Shown here: in pieces, positions 17,371 through 27,362 of the stretch
Layout of the letters: each line of letters begins with the position of its first letter
Position numbering within the stretch: position 1 is the stretch's first letter
Source of the DNA: a virus
Taxonomy: Duplodnaviria > Caudoviricetes
Direction: 5' to 3' (one strand)
DNA length: 64,000 bases
Virus record (IMG/VR): IMGVR_UViG_3300020047_008132
Coordinates: 4,325 to 68,324 of that record
Translations under genes and position numbers: made by a program
Notes under the pieces: model-generated
Told to the model about the DNA's origin: nothing
What the model saw: only the letters and a program-made list of their open reading frames with translations
Databases searched by the model: none

Positions 17371-19469
17371 CCGTTCCAGGTAAATTTATCATCCCAATAC
17401 TTACGCCTGCTTAACCCTTCGTCCATGTGCTTCTGAAATCCGCGCTCATCAATATTCACCGCTACTTTTGGGTGACGTTCTATTTCAGCCCCTATATGCT
17501 TTGCAATGGATTTCCCAAGTGAATTATAGTCCACTTGTTCACCGCTTCTGTTCGTGATGTATTGCGTCAGCACCTCATCAGGAATATGGGGCAACATTTC
17601 CGGGAAGGCAAAAGGATTTTCAAAAAATTGCTTTGTGTCACCGGCGTTGAATATCTGATAGCCGCCCTTGTCGTACAATAATTCAGGGCCTTCTTCACCG
17701 ACAACCTTAAATCCAGCCGGGGCTTTCTTTGTTCCTTTCTTGAATGCCGGTATAGGCTGAGCCAACACTGTGGCAAGTTGGGCTGCGCCAAGTGCGCCAA
17801 TGGCAACAGATAGCACCGTTGCAAGTATTCCGGTTTGTGCTGCGACCTTTGAGATGGCAATAGCTGTATTGATTACGATATTGAACGCGGCAGCCTCTTT
17901 GTCTGCAACGGCCTGCTTGCGTTTCAATTCAGCGATTTCCTTAGCGTATTTCTGTTCCGAAATGCGACCTGAATCCAGCCTTTGCTTAAGATTGTCCTGC
18001 TGCTGGGCGTTCAATGCCGCGCCAAAGGCAAATAGCTGGTTCCCGAATTGGATGGATGTATTGAGTAGTTCTTGTTTTAGTTGTTGGTCAAGTGCAACCT
18101 GCTCTAATGATTCATCCTGCCTGATCTTGAGTCGCGCCTGCTTACCCTGTTCGGCAAGATTTGTTTTAAATCGCTCAACTTCTGCGGCTGAAATAGCTTC
18201 CGGGATAGCTGAAACGGTTGTCCCCACACTGTCTGCGCCGCCTGTAGGAATGGCTTTTAAGTCTTCATTGGATTTCCTTGCCAATGCCTCAATATCTTTA
18301 TAATACTGAGCCGCAAGAACTCTTTTATCATTCACAAGTTTATTAAATTCGGCAGTGTCTGAATTGCCTGAATTTTTCAAAAGTGTAAGCCGTGAATCAA
18401 TTAGATTCTTTTCAAGTCCAAACACTTCAGTAAGTGTTGCGCCCCTGATCTTGGCTAACTTGATTTGCGTTTCTAAATTGTTGATGATATTCTCATTGCC
18501 GGTATTTACAACCTCGTTTGACCTTTTTATCGCTGCGTAAAAGGCTGCGGAAGAATCCTCTACTAATTTCTTTTGTCTTGCAAGTTCCGCGTTTTGCTTT
18601 TTAAGCGATTCAGTACTGTCGTCCGTGCTTTTTACAAACTGATACACCGCCGTAACTGCCAACGTCAAAGCCGTAGCAATGGCAACAATAGGATTGAGGG
18701 CAAGAACCCGGTTCCATGCCGCTGTTGCAATAGTGGCAAGTGATGTGGCCCCTGAGTAAAGCCCTGTAACGGTTGCTGTGGCTGCCAACTGTAGCCGCCT
18801 GGCAGCAAGGACAACGGCGGATTCTTTTTGTAGCAAATTGGCAATCTGTTGAACACCATTTGCAACAGCCATCGCCGCTTGAACCTTCAATAAAGCCTTT
18901 TGTAAGTCCTGGTTTTCGCCGCCGAGTAGGGCAGCGGCTCCCTGGGCTACCGAAAAAGCCGAAGCAAGGCCAGAGACAGCCCCAACAACGGCATCAATGT
19001 TTTTTGTATCGGAAGCTAAGGCGCGTATTCGCTTGGAAGTGTCGCCTACCTGGTCCTCAAGTTTGGCAGCCTGGATAGATAGCTTTTCAAAAGCAGCGGT
19101 TCCTCCAAGTCCGGCCTGTTCCATCTGCGCCAGTTCATTGCGCATTGCGCGGACTTGCGTTGACAGCCGGACCGTCTTTTCTGTTGCCTGATCGGTAGCA
19201 GTGTTTAGTTTCTTGATCTGATCTTCAGCAGCACCGGTTACAATGTTTTTTGAAACGTCGGCGGCAGCCTTAGAAAGATTCTGCATTGAAGCGGTAGTGC
19301 TGTCAATGATTTCATCACGCTTTTGTAGCGCGGCATTTGTTTCAGCGAATTGCTGGGCCGTGGCTTCGTCAATAGAGCCTAAAGCACGTAATTGATCTAA
19401 TGTGGATTTTGATTCCGGGGAAAGCTGGAGGTCAAACTTTATGATTACGTTGTCTTGCGCCATCGCCAA
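17367..19469 (-). CDS. Tape measure protein
   Basis: Ala/Gln/Leu-rich helical protein, hydrophobic stretches, C-terminal VVGEEGPEL motif. Confidence 0.8.
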   Translation of the reverse strand: MAMAQDNVIIKFDLQLSPESKSTLDQLRALGSIDEATAQQFAETNAALQKRDEIIDSTTASMQNLSKAAADVSKNIVTGAAEDQIKKLNTATDQATEKTVRLSTQVRAMRNELAQMEQAGLGGTAAFEKLSIQAAKLEDQVGDTSKRIRALASDTKNIDAVVGAVSGLASAFSVAQGAAALLGGENQDLQKALLKVQAAMAVANGVQQIANLLQKESAVVLAARRLQLAATATVTGLYSGATSLATIATAAWNRVLALNPIVAIATALTLAVTAVYQFVKSTDDSTESLKKQNAELARQKKLVEDSSAAFYAAIKRSNEVVNTGNENIINNLETQIKLAKIRGATLTEVFGLEKNLIDSRLTLLKNSGNSDTAEFNKLVNDKRVLAAQYYKDIEALARKSNEDLKAIPTGGADSVGTTVSAIPEAISAAEVERFKTNLAEQGKQARLKIRQDESLEQVALDQQLKQELLNTSIQFGNQLFAFGAALNAQQQDNLKQRLDSGRISEQKYAKEIAELKRKQAVADKEAAAFNIVINTAIAISKVAAQTGILATVLSVAIGALGAAQLATVLAQPIPAFKKGTKKAPAGFKVVGEEGPELLYDKGGYQIFNAGDTKQFFENPFAFPEMLPHIPDEVLTQYITNRSGEQVDYNSLGKSIAKHIGAEIERHPKVAVNIDERGFQKHMDEGLSRRKYWDDKFTWNG

Positions 19470-19532
19470 AAGAGTTTTCTTGTTCTACTCTTGTTGGCGG
19501 CTCGTTTTGCGCCCGATATATGGTTAATGTAA

Positions 19533-19847
19533 TCATCTTCTTTTCTTGTTTGCTTTTTCCGCCGACTTGCGTTCCCTTTCGGCCTCTTTCAGCTTTAACT
19601 CCCGCAAGATAATATATTCTCCTAATGTTGTACCACGTCTAAGTGATTCAAGCCGGCCAGCTTCACCTCCGGCAAGCCAAATTTCTTCCTCAAATCCTTT
19701 CTTTTCTCTTTGTCCACGATGCAAGCCAAATGAGATTCCAAATGTGCCTCTGTTAGCTTGTTTATTGTTTCCACGACTACCTCCCATGATACTGGATGCT
19801 TTGGCAAAAATGGTATTAGCTGAATGAGTGGTTGCTGCAAAAAAAAA
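19533..19847 (-). CDS. -1 frame extension of tail assembly chaperone (GT-like)
   Basis: -1 frame open from the T9 run (A9 at 19839-19847) to 19533, just upstream of the tape measure gene. Confidence 0.45.
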   Translation of the reverse strand, partial: FFFAATTHSANTIFAKASSIMGGSRGNNKQANRGTFGISFGLHRGQREKKGFEEEIWLAGGEAGRLESLRRGTTLGEYIILRELKLKEAERERKSAEKANKKRR

Positions 19848-20296
19848 TCTTTCATGCCTGCCGTTTTCTTCCAAAATTCAATCTTCTTTTCGGCATAACC
19901 AGGGTCAAAGTTGTAAGGGCTTTCGGATTCATCAAAAAATACTACACTGGCAAACTTCCAAATGTATTCAGGCGGATCAATCCATTTGAGCCGTTCCTTT
20001 AACTGATTATTCAGTGTTTGCAATGTGTTTAGTTCAATAACTCCTTTCTTTGGCGTGTTAAGAACGTCGTCAACGGCTGCAACATGAAGTTCCAGGAACT
20101 CCCTGTTTACCCGCATTGCTAATTCATCGTAATACTTCAGCGCATTAAGCCCGCGAAGGTAGGCTGCATTGAAAACGTCCTGAAATTGGAAATACTTTTT
20201 GTTGCCAATGGTGAAGGCTTCAACAATTACGTGTTGGGTCTTTTCCGGGAATTGGGCGGATTTTTGGCGGAGGATATTTTTTAGGAATTGGAGCAT
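19622..20296 (-). CDS. Tail assembly chaperone (G-like)
   Basis: Position before tape measure; GAT TTT TTT TTG (DFFL) slippery run. Confidence 0.5.
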   Translation of the reverse strand: MLQFLKNILRQKSAQFPEKTQHVIVEAFTIGNKKYFQFQDVFNAAYLRGLNALKYYDELAMRVNREFLELHVAAVDDVLNTPKKGVIELNTLQTLNNQLKERLKWIDPPEYIWKFASVVFFDESESPYNFDPGYAEKKIEFWKKTAGMKDFFLQQPLIQLIPFLPKHPVSWEVVVETINKLTEAHLESHLACIVDKEKRKDLRKKFGLPEVKLAGLNHLDVVQH

Positions 20297-20517
20297 TAAA
20301 TCTTTTTCAGCGTTTCTTCAATCTTAGAAATAAATGCAGTTATCGTCTTGCGCCCATTCACCCTGACGGCAAATGTATTCTTGTTCGGCTTCACTTCGAT
20401 CATCTTATCTGGCTTTGCCTCACAGATGTAAAGGAACTTATACCCCGAACACGCCCCGCAAAATTCTTTCTTTAGAAAACTCCATCCGTGCTGTGAAAGT
20501 ATGTCCTCGTAACTCAT
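20296..20517 (-). CDS. Small hypothetical protein
   Basis: CGACSG motif; coupled operon. Confidence 0.5.
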   Translation of the reverse strand: MSYEDILSQHGWSFLKKEFCGACSGYKFLYICEAKPDKMIEVKPNKNTFAVRVNGRKTITAFISKIEETLKKI

Positions 20518-20804
20518 TTTTCAAAGTATGGTGAATTTCTGAAGTAGTCAATGACTGAATTAAGTACCGTGTTTACACCTGTCACCGCCAACACGAACAA
20601 AAGAATGTTAAAGTTACAACTCCATTGAGCAACCCAAAAGAACGATCCCCAGAATGACGACATACATATCAGGCAAGAAAAAAGCGGCTTTGTCCACGCG
20701 GCATTATCATATCTGGCAACAAGTGGGTTAAATATCATTCCGTCCTGAAACAATATCCAAATGCCGGTGATTTGCAGTGAAGTGAGGAGTACTTCTGAAA
20801 GCAT
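20514..20804 (-). CDS. Membrane protein
   Basis: Three hydrophobic segments, CLICMSSFWG. Confidence 0.55.
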   Translation of the reverse strand: MLSEVLLTSLQITGIWILFQDGMIFNPLVARYDNAAWTKPLFSCLICMSSFWGSFFWVAQWSCNFNILLFVLAVTGVNTVLNSVIDYFRNSPYFEK

Positions 20805-20919
20805 TTTGTAAAAGTAAATAAAATGTTTGAATTGTAGTATCCAATAATTATATGATGCTATTCATGCTTACCTAATATTAACATTATAGGAATTCCAATA
20901 TTTTTATTATTTTTGACGA

Positions 20920-21261
20920 ATGGATAAATTGATACCAACCAAGCCGTCAAATAGAACGCCTTCTCCTGAATCCTTGTATATTTTTTACGAAAGTTACTTC
21001 CTGAAAATCCTTAATAAGTTTAGAAAGCATCAATGTAGCATAGGTGTTTTTATGACAGCTTATGCAACATTGTATAATATTGATTTCTCCTTTACGGATT
21101 TAAAGAATGAATACGATAAAGCATTTAATCAGGAAACCATTTATGAAAATCCAATATTTTATGCACAGCCAATAGAATCAGTACAAAATCAGAATGAATA
21201 CGTTGTTATTGATAAACTTGGAAACAAAAAAGTCAGAAAGCACAAAATTGTTATAAAATGA
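20920..21261 (+). CDS. Hypothetical protein in AT-rich insert
   Basis: Opposite strand, visibly low GC. Confidence 0.55.
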   Translation: MDKLIPTKPSNRTPSPESLYIFYESYFLKILNKFRKHQCSIGVFMTAYATLYNIDFSFTDLKNEYDKAFNQETIYENPIFYAQPIESVQNQNEYVVIDKLGNKKVRKHKIVIK

Positions 21262-21914
21262 GATTCGAAGATTTAGACATAAATAAAATTAGGAATTATG
21301 CCTACGCAAAAATAAAACGGCATAATCTCCAGCATGAAATAAATGATCTCATAAACGATGCTTATATATTTCATATTGAAAAAGGATTTGATTTTAGCTA
21401 TGATCTTTTTACTAATTCTATAAATTTTATTGCGCTCCAAACTCATAGTAGGCTTGAAGTGGAATTGCCACAAATATCAGTACCAAAAGGAACAAAAGAA
21501 AGGTATATTGAAAAACAATGCAAAATATGTTTAGAAATATTGCCTGTTGATAAATTTAGGTTTGATGAAACAAAAGAAGGCCAGAGATTTTATAGAAACA
21601 AATGTAAAAAATGCGAAGGTGAGTTTTATACAAAAACCCCTTACAATAAGGAAGGCAGGAAAAGGGCTTATAATAAGGTTAAGTCAACTCCTGTTTATAA
21701 ATTAGCTAACAAGAATAATTTCAGAAAGTATGTAAATGAAAATAGAGATAAATGGAATAGTTATTTGGTTGAAAGATCAAAAAGAGAAAAGGATAATTTA
21801 ACAGATGCCTACATAAGAAAATTATTGCGTCATAAATATAATACGCATTTTTTAAAATCAAATCCTGAAATTATTTTGCAACACAGATTAAATCTCATGA
21901 AAAAAAGACAGTAA
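21258..21914 (+). CDS. Sigma-region-2-like plus CxxC zinc-ribbon protein
   Basis: EINDLINDAYI; CKICLEILPVDKF..RNKCKKC. Confidence 0.4.
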   Translation: MRFEDLDINKIRNYAYAKIKRHNLQHEINDLINDAYIFHIEKGFDFSYDLFTNSINFIALQTHSRLEVELPQISVPKGTKERYIEKQCKICLEILPVDKFRFDETKEGQRFYRNKCKKCEGEFYTKTPYNKEGRKRAYNKVKSTPVYKLANKNNFRKYVNENRDKWNSYLVERSKREKDNLTDAYIRKLLRHKYNTHFLKSNPEIILQHRLNLMKKRQ

Positions 21915-22215
21915 TCTGCTGCAACAAAACAATACTTTTCCCTGGTATCACCCCATCAAAGGGGAACGAAACGGCCATCTTCTTTACATCAGCCAGGTAA
22001 ATAATCCCTTTAAACTTATCCACAGGAACACCATCAAAGCGAAATTTTGAAAGGCTGAAATCCTTTTCAGACAAATGCGAAAGGTGTACGACAAAAATAT
22101 CATTACGCCTCACTGCCAACCCTTCGATATTGCATTCCTTATTGACAAACCATGTCATCTGTTCGCCGCCCATGACAAACAAATCAATCATCAAGTGATC
22201 GTTACAATGATGCAA
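21895..22215 (-). CDS. Hypothetical protein
   Basis: ORF in late operon; true start uncertain. Confidence 0.4.
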   Translation of the reverse strand: MHHCNDHLMIDLFVMGGEQMTWFVNKECNIEGLAVRRNDIFVVHLSHLSEKDFSLSKFRFDGVPVDKFKGIIYLADVKKMAVSFPFDGVIPGKSIVLLQQITVFFS

Positions 22216-22535
22216 TCATACTCAATATCCAATATTTCAAACGTGGCAGGCTCCCTTTCATAAAGGGAAATTATCTCCTCCGCTATAAACGTGAAACTAC
22301 CGGCATTCCTGTTAAAGAAGAATGAAGGAAAGCCCAAGTCCTCATAATCGCCGTCCGTCGGGTTCGTGATGATCAGAATATCCCCATCGCCGTCAGCCGT
22401 CGCTTCAAATGAGTATTCAGTTCCGAATTTATCGGACACCGTTATCTCATAATCAGTCCCTGCAATAAGGCCAGGTAATACAATGTCGTCGCATTCATCA
22501 AATGTTGCGGTGTAACAAGTGGAGCAAGTTGTCAT
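22191..22535 (-). CDS. Hypothetical protein
   Basis: ORF after terminase. Confidence 0.5.
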   Translation of the reverse strand: MTTCSTCYTATFDECDDIVLPGLIAGTDYEITVSDKFGTEYSFEATADGDGDILIITNPTDGDYEDLGFPSFFFNRNAGSFTFIAEEIISLYEREPATFEILDIEYDCIIVTIT

Positions 22536-22555
22536 AAGTCAAAAGTAATAAATGT

Positions 22556-23905
22556 TTATGTAAGTAGGTATTGCTTTTCAAAGCCTGAAAGTTCCATATT
22601 ACAAACATACCGCCAGCAGTCCAAGACGTCTGATTGCTGCTTCGGGTCCTTCCTGTCTTCCTTCAAAATTGTCCCATCAGCCAGCGATTGCACGTTTTCC
22701 AAGTCGAATATCAAATCCCTGGCATTCTGTTCATCTATTTCAACGGTGTAGTGTTGCAAAATAAGATTAACCAAAGTCCGGTTATCTTCCAGCCGGGGAT
22801 TAACACGTGTCTTTATTTGTCCCGGCCCAATCCTTAGCTTATGCTGAATCATGGTGTAGTGTGTCACCTGTTCCTTAAGAATTGACTGCCTGTTATGGCC
22901 TGAGTTATCCCCTGTGACAATGTAAAGCGACCCGGGGTACTTTATCAGTATCCGGTTGCAAAGTTCGTCCACGCCTGAGTTAGGTATCTTTATTGATTCC
23001 AGCGCCCTGATTGTGTTATGTGGCCGGTCGTGCTGTACCACCACGCAAGATATGGGATTCCTATTGAAGTCAAAGGATATTATTAGCGGCAGCGTATGGT
23101 CAACTTGTAATCCGGGTTTAACATGCTTTTTTCTGTCAAAAGCAAACGCCCACGGTGATTCATTAAGTTTGTTACCCCATAATCCAAGCGTGAACACATT
23201 GTACCAATAGTAATTGGTTTCGGCAAATGATTCATGTATGGCAGTCCGTTGCGATGTTATGAATGGGTTGTCATGGTAGGTTGTATGAGTTGCCCTGTAA
23301 GTCAGTTCAAAGCTTTTCCCCCCGGCTGAATATTGCTTTGTATTGGTAAATGACTTTTCCGCCGTGTGCGAAAAGAAGTTTTTATAAATCCAAAAGTCGG
23401 TATAATCAGGAGTGTCACATTCCGGATTGAAAGTAAAATCTAACTTTATGCGCCCCTGGTTGGACCGGAGCGAAGATATCAGGAAGATGAAGTCTTCCTC
23501 TGTGATCTGATTGCCTTCCTCCACCCATGCGCCTGATGGGTTGGAAATGGATTTCAGCTTTGCCGGTTCATCGAGTCCACGCGCAATAAACTTATTGCCG
23601 TTTACGCAACGGATTTCCAAAGGTGAAACATTAAACACAAATAGCGATTCCAGCCCCCATTCATAAACCACGTCTTTGATGGTCTGAAATTGGCTGTCCT
23701 TAATCGTGTTTGCTCCTTTTCTTACAAGAATATATCTGAAATAGTCTGATTCCAGGCATCTAAGCACAAGCCTTTGGGCTTCGTCGCGCGACTTCCCGGA
23801 ATCCCGGCCTCCGTAGATTAGGTCAATGTCAATACCGGTGTCATCGCGTAAGTGTTGGTAGCAAGGGAGGAAAACGTCTTCGTCAACTTCAATCTGAGTT
23901 GTCAA
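22556..23905 (-). CDS. terL: Terminase large subunit (PBSX-like)
   Basis: YGGRDSGKS Walker A, AWVEE Walker B, SFDFN RNase H-like nuclease. Confidence 0.92.
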   Translation of the reverse strand: MTTQIEVDEDVFLPCYQHLRDDTGIDIDLIYGGRDSGKSRDEAQRLVLRCLESDYFRYILVRKGANTIKDSQFQTIKDVVYEWGLESLFVFNVSPLEIRCVNGNKFIARGLDEPAKLKSISNPSGAWVEEGNQITEEDFIFLISSLRSNQGRIKLDFTFNPECDTPDYTDFWIYKNFFSHTAEKSFTNTKQYSAGGKSFELTYRATHTTYHDNPFITSQRTAIHESFAETNYYWYNVFTLGLWGNKLNESPWAFAFDRKKHVKPGLQVDHTLPLIISFDFNRNPISCVVVQHDRPHNTIRALESIKIPNSGVDELCNRILIKYPGSLYIVTGDNSGHNRQSILKEQVTHYTMIQHKLRIGPGQIKTRVNPRLEDNRTLVNLILQHYTVEIDEQNARDLIFDLENVQSLADGTILKEDRKDPKQQSDVLDCWRYVCNMELSGFEKQYLLT

Positions 23906-24344
23906 CTGTGGGCTGATCTTTTTTGCGTGTGGTTATGACAAATTTCATTTCGCCTGAATTCTCTACCTCAAGCCTGTCGCCGTATTTCTTTGGAGCCAGC
24001 TTCGACGCAATCCATTTACGAGCATCAACACGGAGTCGTGACCGGTTTATATTGTCGTGATTCGTGATGATATTTCCATCCTGATCAACCTGAGTATCAT
24101 TTGTTGAATCGTCAGCTATTTGTATGATCTCATGTGCCATCAATTCAGCTTGCGCCTCTCTTGCGCGCGCGTATTTGTGCTGAAAATCTTTTTTGTCCGG
24201 GTCGCTTAACCAAGTGAAAATCGTTCTAAATCCTGGGAATCCGTCATTTTCACGGCATATCTTATGAAGTCCGTCGCCTGAAGTAGCTATCTTTTCGCAA
24301 ATAGCGTTAATGACTTCTTCACTGTATAATGTTGGTCTTCCCAT
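23889..24344 (-). CDS. terS: Terminase small subunit
   Basis: GRPTLYS..KYARARE..RLRVDARKWIASKLAPKKYGD. Confidence 0.9.
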   Translation of the reverse strand: MGRPTLYSEEVINAICEKIATSGDGLHKICRENDGFPGFRTIFTWLSDPDKKDFQHKYARAREAQAELMAHEIIQIADDSTNDTQVDQDGNIITNHDNINRSRLRVDARKWIASKLAPKKYGDRLEVENSGEMKFVITTRKKDQPTVDNSD

Positions 24345-24345
24345 T

Positions 24346-24540
24346 TTATCTTTTCACGTGAAACCATGCCATAACTCTCGCAAATATACCAATTTTAACT
24401 TTACAGTTTATTGCAGGATATTCACCGAACCGCAGGAAATTGTCAATTTCAGAAGGCGTTATCGGCTCCATTGTGCAAATTGGTTTTGCATTCGGGATTC
24501 TAAGATAGTATAGTTTTGGTAAAAATCCAAGTGTTGACAT
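24346..24540 (-). CDS. Small hypothetical protein
   Basis: Short ORF before terS. Confidence 0.3.
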   Translation of the reverse strand: MSTLGFLPKLYYLRIPNAKPICTMEPITPSEIDNFLRFGEYPAINCKVKIGIFARVMAWFHVKR

Positions 24541-24938
24541 TTGTTGTTAATGTCGTCCTGGCACTTGTTACGGCTGTGAATTATTGTTGAATGATCTTTT
24601 GGCTTTCCTTCCCCTTGCCACATATAGAACGCAAGTCGCTTAAGGCTTACGTCTGTCAGCTTTGTAGCAAAATGTATTATCAGGTTGCGGGCAAATGTGT
24701 ATTTCCTTTTCCTTGATCGGTTGGTTAATAGTTGATAAACCGGGATTCCGACTACTAAGCAGACCTCAGTTATTATCTTTTTAACGGCTGTCTCCGTGTC
24801 CATGCTTATTTCAGATGGCTCAACCCCGCTCAATAGTATGTGATACCTGATGTGGTTTGCCGTCGGCTTTGGGATTTCTGTCGTGTTGATCATGTGCTGG
24901 TAGTACGTGACCAATTCAAGTTGTTCGCTGGTTTGCAT
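24459..24938 (-). CDS. DnaA C-terminal-like HTH protein
   Basis: RKRKYTFARNL..SLKRLA..DHSTIIHS. Confidence 0.7.
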   Translation of the reverse strand: MQTSEQLELVTYYQHMINTTEIPKPTANHIRYHILLSGVEPSEISMDTETAVKKIITEVCLVVGIPVYQLLTNRSRKRKYTFARNLIIHFATKLTDVSLKRLAFYMWQGEGKPKDHSTIIHSRNKCQDDINNKCQHLDFYQNYTILESRMQNQFAQWSR

Positions 24939-24962
24939 TTTTTGGTTTGTTTTTTAAAAAGG

Positions 24963-25802
24963 TTATTTATTAAATTCTACTATTCCATCCATCCAATCAT
25001 AAAGCGCCATTGACTTCGCAATAGCCCTGATTTCAGCCTGTTCGCTTGAATGAAGCGTGTTTTTAACGTGCGATTCAATAAGTGTCCTCAGTTCCCGCAT
25101 ACGCCCAACACCTTCAGGAACTTCAGACTTAATTTGCCCGAACCGATATTCTTTTGCCTTTTCAAGATACTCCTGTTTCTTTTCTTCCGACAAAACCGGA
25201 ACCAGCTTGTAACGCTGAAGCATATCGTACTTCAATGCCGGATTCTTGATTTTGTAAGACTTATCTTTTTTGTAAGCCTGAAATTCTTTTCTGAAATCAT
25301 CGATTGCCTGTTCCCGGCTTTGCCTGATCTGCTCCTCTGTGGGTCTTACCTCTTTGGCAGCCTCAATGGCCTGTTCCCTTGCCGACTTCAATACCGCCTC
25401 TCCCCGGTATTTCTCATAAGCCGAAATAACCCTGACCACGAAATCCATTGAAAATAGGTTGAAGTGTTCAATACGCTGTTCGAGGTCGCCGTAAGAATTA
25501 AGTCGGAATGCTAATAAAAACTCCTCACCTGTGACCCATTGGAACTTTTCCTCCACCGCCGTCATGATATGCCTGTAATCTTCGCCGCTGGGAGCCTTAC
25601 AGCCGGCCAGGACGGCGGCATTTAGTAGGAGTGTGGTTTTGTTAGTCTCTGTCATTTCCGTTACCCTGGGGGCCAAAGTTGCCATTAGCATCCTTCTTTC
25701 GCTGCTCGTATAACTGGGCAGCAGCCAGAAGCTCATCGGCTGCCTGTTGAGTAACGCGACCTGCGATGATGGTGTGTCCATTTTTGTCAGTTGATTTTCC
25801 AT
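24963..25802 (-). CDS. Putative replication accessory protein
   Basis: Directly downstream of initiator-like gene. Confidence 0.4.
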   Translation of the reverse strand: MENQLTKMDTPSSQVALLNRQPMSFWLLPSYTSSERRMLMATLAPRVTEMTETNKTTLLLNAAVLAGCKAPSGEDYRHIMTAVEEKFQWVTGEEFLLAFRLNSYGDLEQRIEHFNLFSMDFVVRVISAYEKYRGEAVLKSAREQAIEAAKEVRPTEEQIRQSREQAIDDFRKEFQAYKKDKSYKIKNPALKYDMLQRYKLVPVLSEEKKQEYLEKAKEYRFGQIKSEVPEGVGRMRELRTLIESHVKNTLHSSEQAEIRAIAKSMALYDWMDGIVEFNK

Positions 25803-26631
25803 TTAGTTTTTTTGTTTTTACTTCAAATAATCCCTGCCATCCTCCTGCGATCGAATCGTCCATCATTTCTATTGCTTCTTCTTCAGGATATTTGCTTAGT
25901 TTTTTTAAACATGCCTGAAGTGCGGAAAATGATTTCCCGCGCCACTTTTTTTCTTTTACCAGGATATTCCAAGTTGATATGAATCTTTCAGAATCAAAAG
26001 GAAAAATTAAATCCGGCTTTCTGTTTACATTTTTAATTTCATTTTCATTTTCATTTTCCATATGATTAGTCATATGAAGTTCTATATGATTAGTCATAAT
26101 ATCATTTAAATCACTTTTTGAAAGCGAATACCACTCATTAACCATTTTCTTTTCTGCAAAAAAATTATGCAGCTCAGTTTCCTTTGACTGAGGATATTTT
26201 ATAGAAACAAAAAGTAATTTTAACCCTTCATGATATTGCCTTCTTAATTCTAAGAATCTTCGCTCAACATCTACAGAGCTTCCAATTTTTACAAGTCCTG
26301 TTTCAGGATTTTCTATAAAATAAATATGCAATGAGTCGTTATTTAATTGATTCCTGTTATTCCTCCTGGATTCAGAAAATGCCTTGCGCTTATTGCATTC
26401 ATTTTCCAATCTTTCCTGGTAATATTTTCCTTCAGAATCAACTTTAAATTTTTCAAAAATCATATCATCTCTCTCCTTACATATGAAAATCATTTGTTTT
26501 TCTGAAAGGTGACCATGCTGATGTTGAGCCATCATTAACCTTATATATTTTCCGACCTGTTCATCAGTAAAAAATTGCGTACCTGTTGAAAAATCGCCTG
26601 TATAAAAAAGAAATGCGGGGTCTTTAGCCAT
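25642..26631 (-). CDS. Replication initiator-like protein with internal GIY-YIG/T5orf172 domain
   Basis: KDPAFLFYTGDF N-terminus; IYFIENPETGLVKIGSSVDVERR; ENENENE linker. Confidence 0.65.
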   Translation of the reverse strand: MAKDPAFLFYTGDFSTGTQFFTDEQVGKYIRLMMAQHQHGHLSEKQMIFICKERDDMIFEKFKVDSEGKYYQERLENECNKRKAFSESRRNNRNQLNNDSLHIYFIENPETGLVKIGSSVDVERRFLELRRQYHEGLKLLFVSIKYPQSKETELHNFFAEKKMVNEWYSLSKSDLNDIMTNHIELHMTNHMENENENEIKNVNRKPDLIFPFDSERFISTWNILVKEKKWRGKSFSALQACLKKLSKYPEEEAIEMMDDSIAGGWQGLFEVKTKKLNGKSTDKNGHTIIAGRVTQQAADELLAAAQLYEQRKKDANGNFGPQGNGNDRD

Positions 26632-26633
26632 TT

Positions 26634-26855
26634 TTAGTCCCCGTTTTTTTCACCTATAAAAATCTCCCCAATATCCGAAATCATCCAGTTATGGCAATTA
26701 TCCATACACCAATTTAAAGCAATCTTAGCCAGCTCCTTTTCTTGCTTATCATTCTCATAGTCGAATGTGTGCATATAAACCAGGTTCTTATTCTTGTCCC
26801 ATCCGCAAATTATTGTTGCGTGGGTTGGTACTGGGGGTATGGTTTCTATTGCCAT
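26634..26855 (-). CDS. Hypothetical protein
   Basis: ORF. Confidence 0.45.
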   Translation of the reverse strand: MAIETIPPVPTHATIICGWDKNKNLVYMHTFDYENDKQEKELAKIALNWCMDNCHNWMISDIGEIFIGEKNGD

Positions 26856-26993
26856 AAAAAAAGAAAGCCCTAAAACTCCTGGAGAAGTTAAAGGGCTTAG
26901 GTTTAGTCGTTTCCGACACCAACTTTTGCTGCACTCCAGGCTGCGGCAAAAATTGCAAGAGTAAAAGTAATCATTTATTTGGATTCAATAGAA

Positions 26994-27362
26994 TTACTTT
27001 TTAAAATAATTATCAATCACCACCCTTGCCTCCTCAAATGAAAAGCATACCTCCGCTTTATAGTTCCGGTTATGCAGGGCTGCCAGCCACGCATTTTGAT
27101 TCTCCGTGCATTTGTTTGGCTTTACCTTAAGTTCTATGGCCAGGCCATTGCCGTTCCTGTTAGAAGCGAAAATGAACAGGTCAGGGAATCCGGACTTTGC
27201 GCCAAGCCATTTCAACTTAAATTGTTCAAACTTGGACCTACGCCCCTCCATAGGTGAATGATGGAATAGGACGCCTGGGTATTGCGCTGTCAGGAATCCA
27301 ATTACCTGGTGATGCAGATGGTCTTCCGGGCCTAAGAACTTCTCGAATGGGTTGCGCCTCAT
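26994..27362 (-). CDS. VRR-NUC (PD-D/ExK) nuclease
   Basis: GFPDLFI..LAIELKV..NQNAWL. Confidence 0.85.
   Translation of the reverse strand: MRRNPFEKFLGPEDHLHHQVIGFLTAQYPGVLFHHSPMEGRRSKFEQFKLKWLGAKSGFPDLFIFASNRNGNGLAIELKVKPNKCTENQNAWLAALHNRNYKAEVCFSFEEARVVIDNYFKK

Noticed and set aside
13174-18303. Long + strand ORFs (13174-13701, 13924-14304, 17770-18303; likewise 37973-38485)
   Set aside because: Antisense shadows of well-supported - strand genes with biased codon usage
24459-24938. Chromosomal dnaA
   Set aside because: Only the C-terminal HTH-like domain is present; no AAA+ domain
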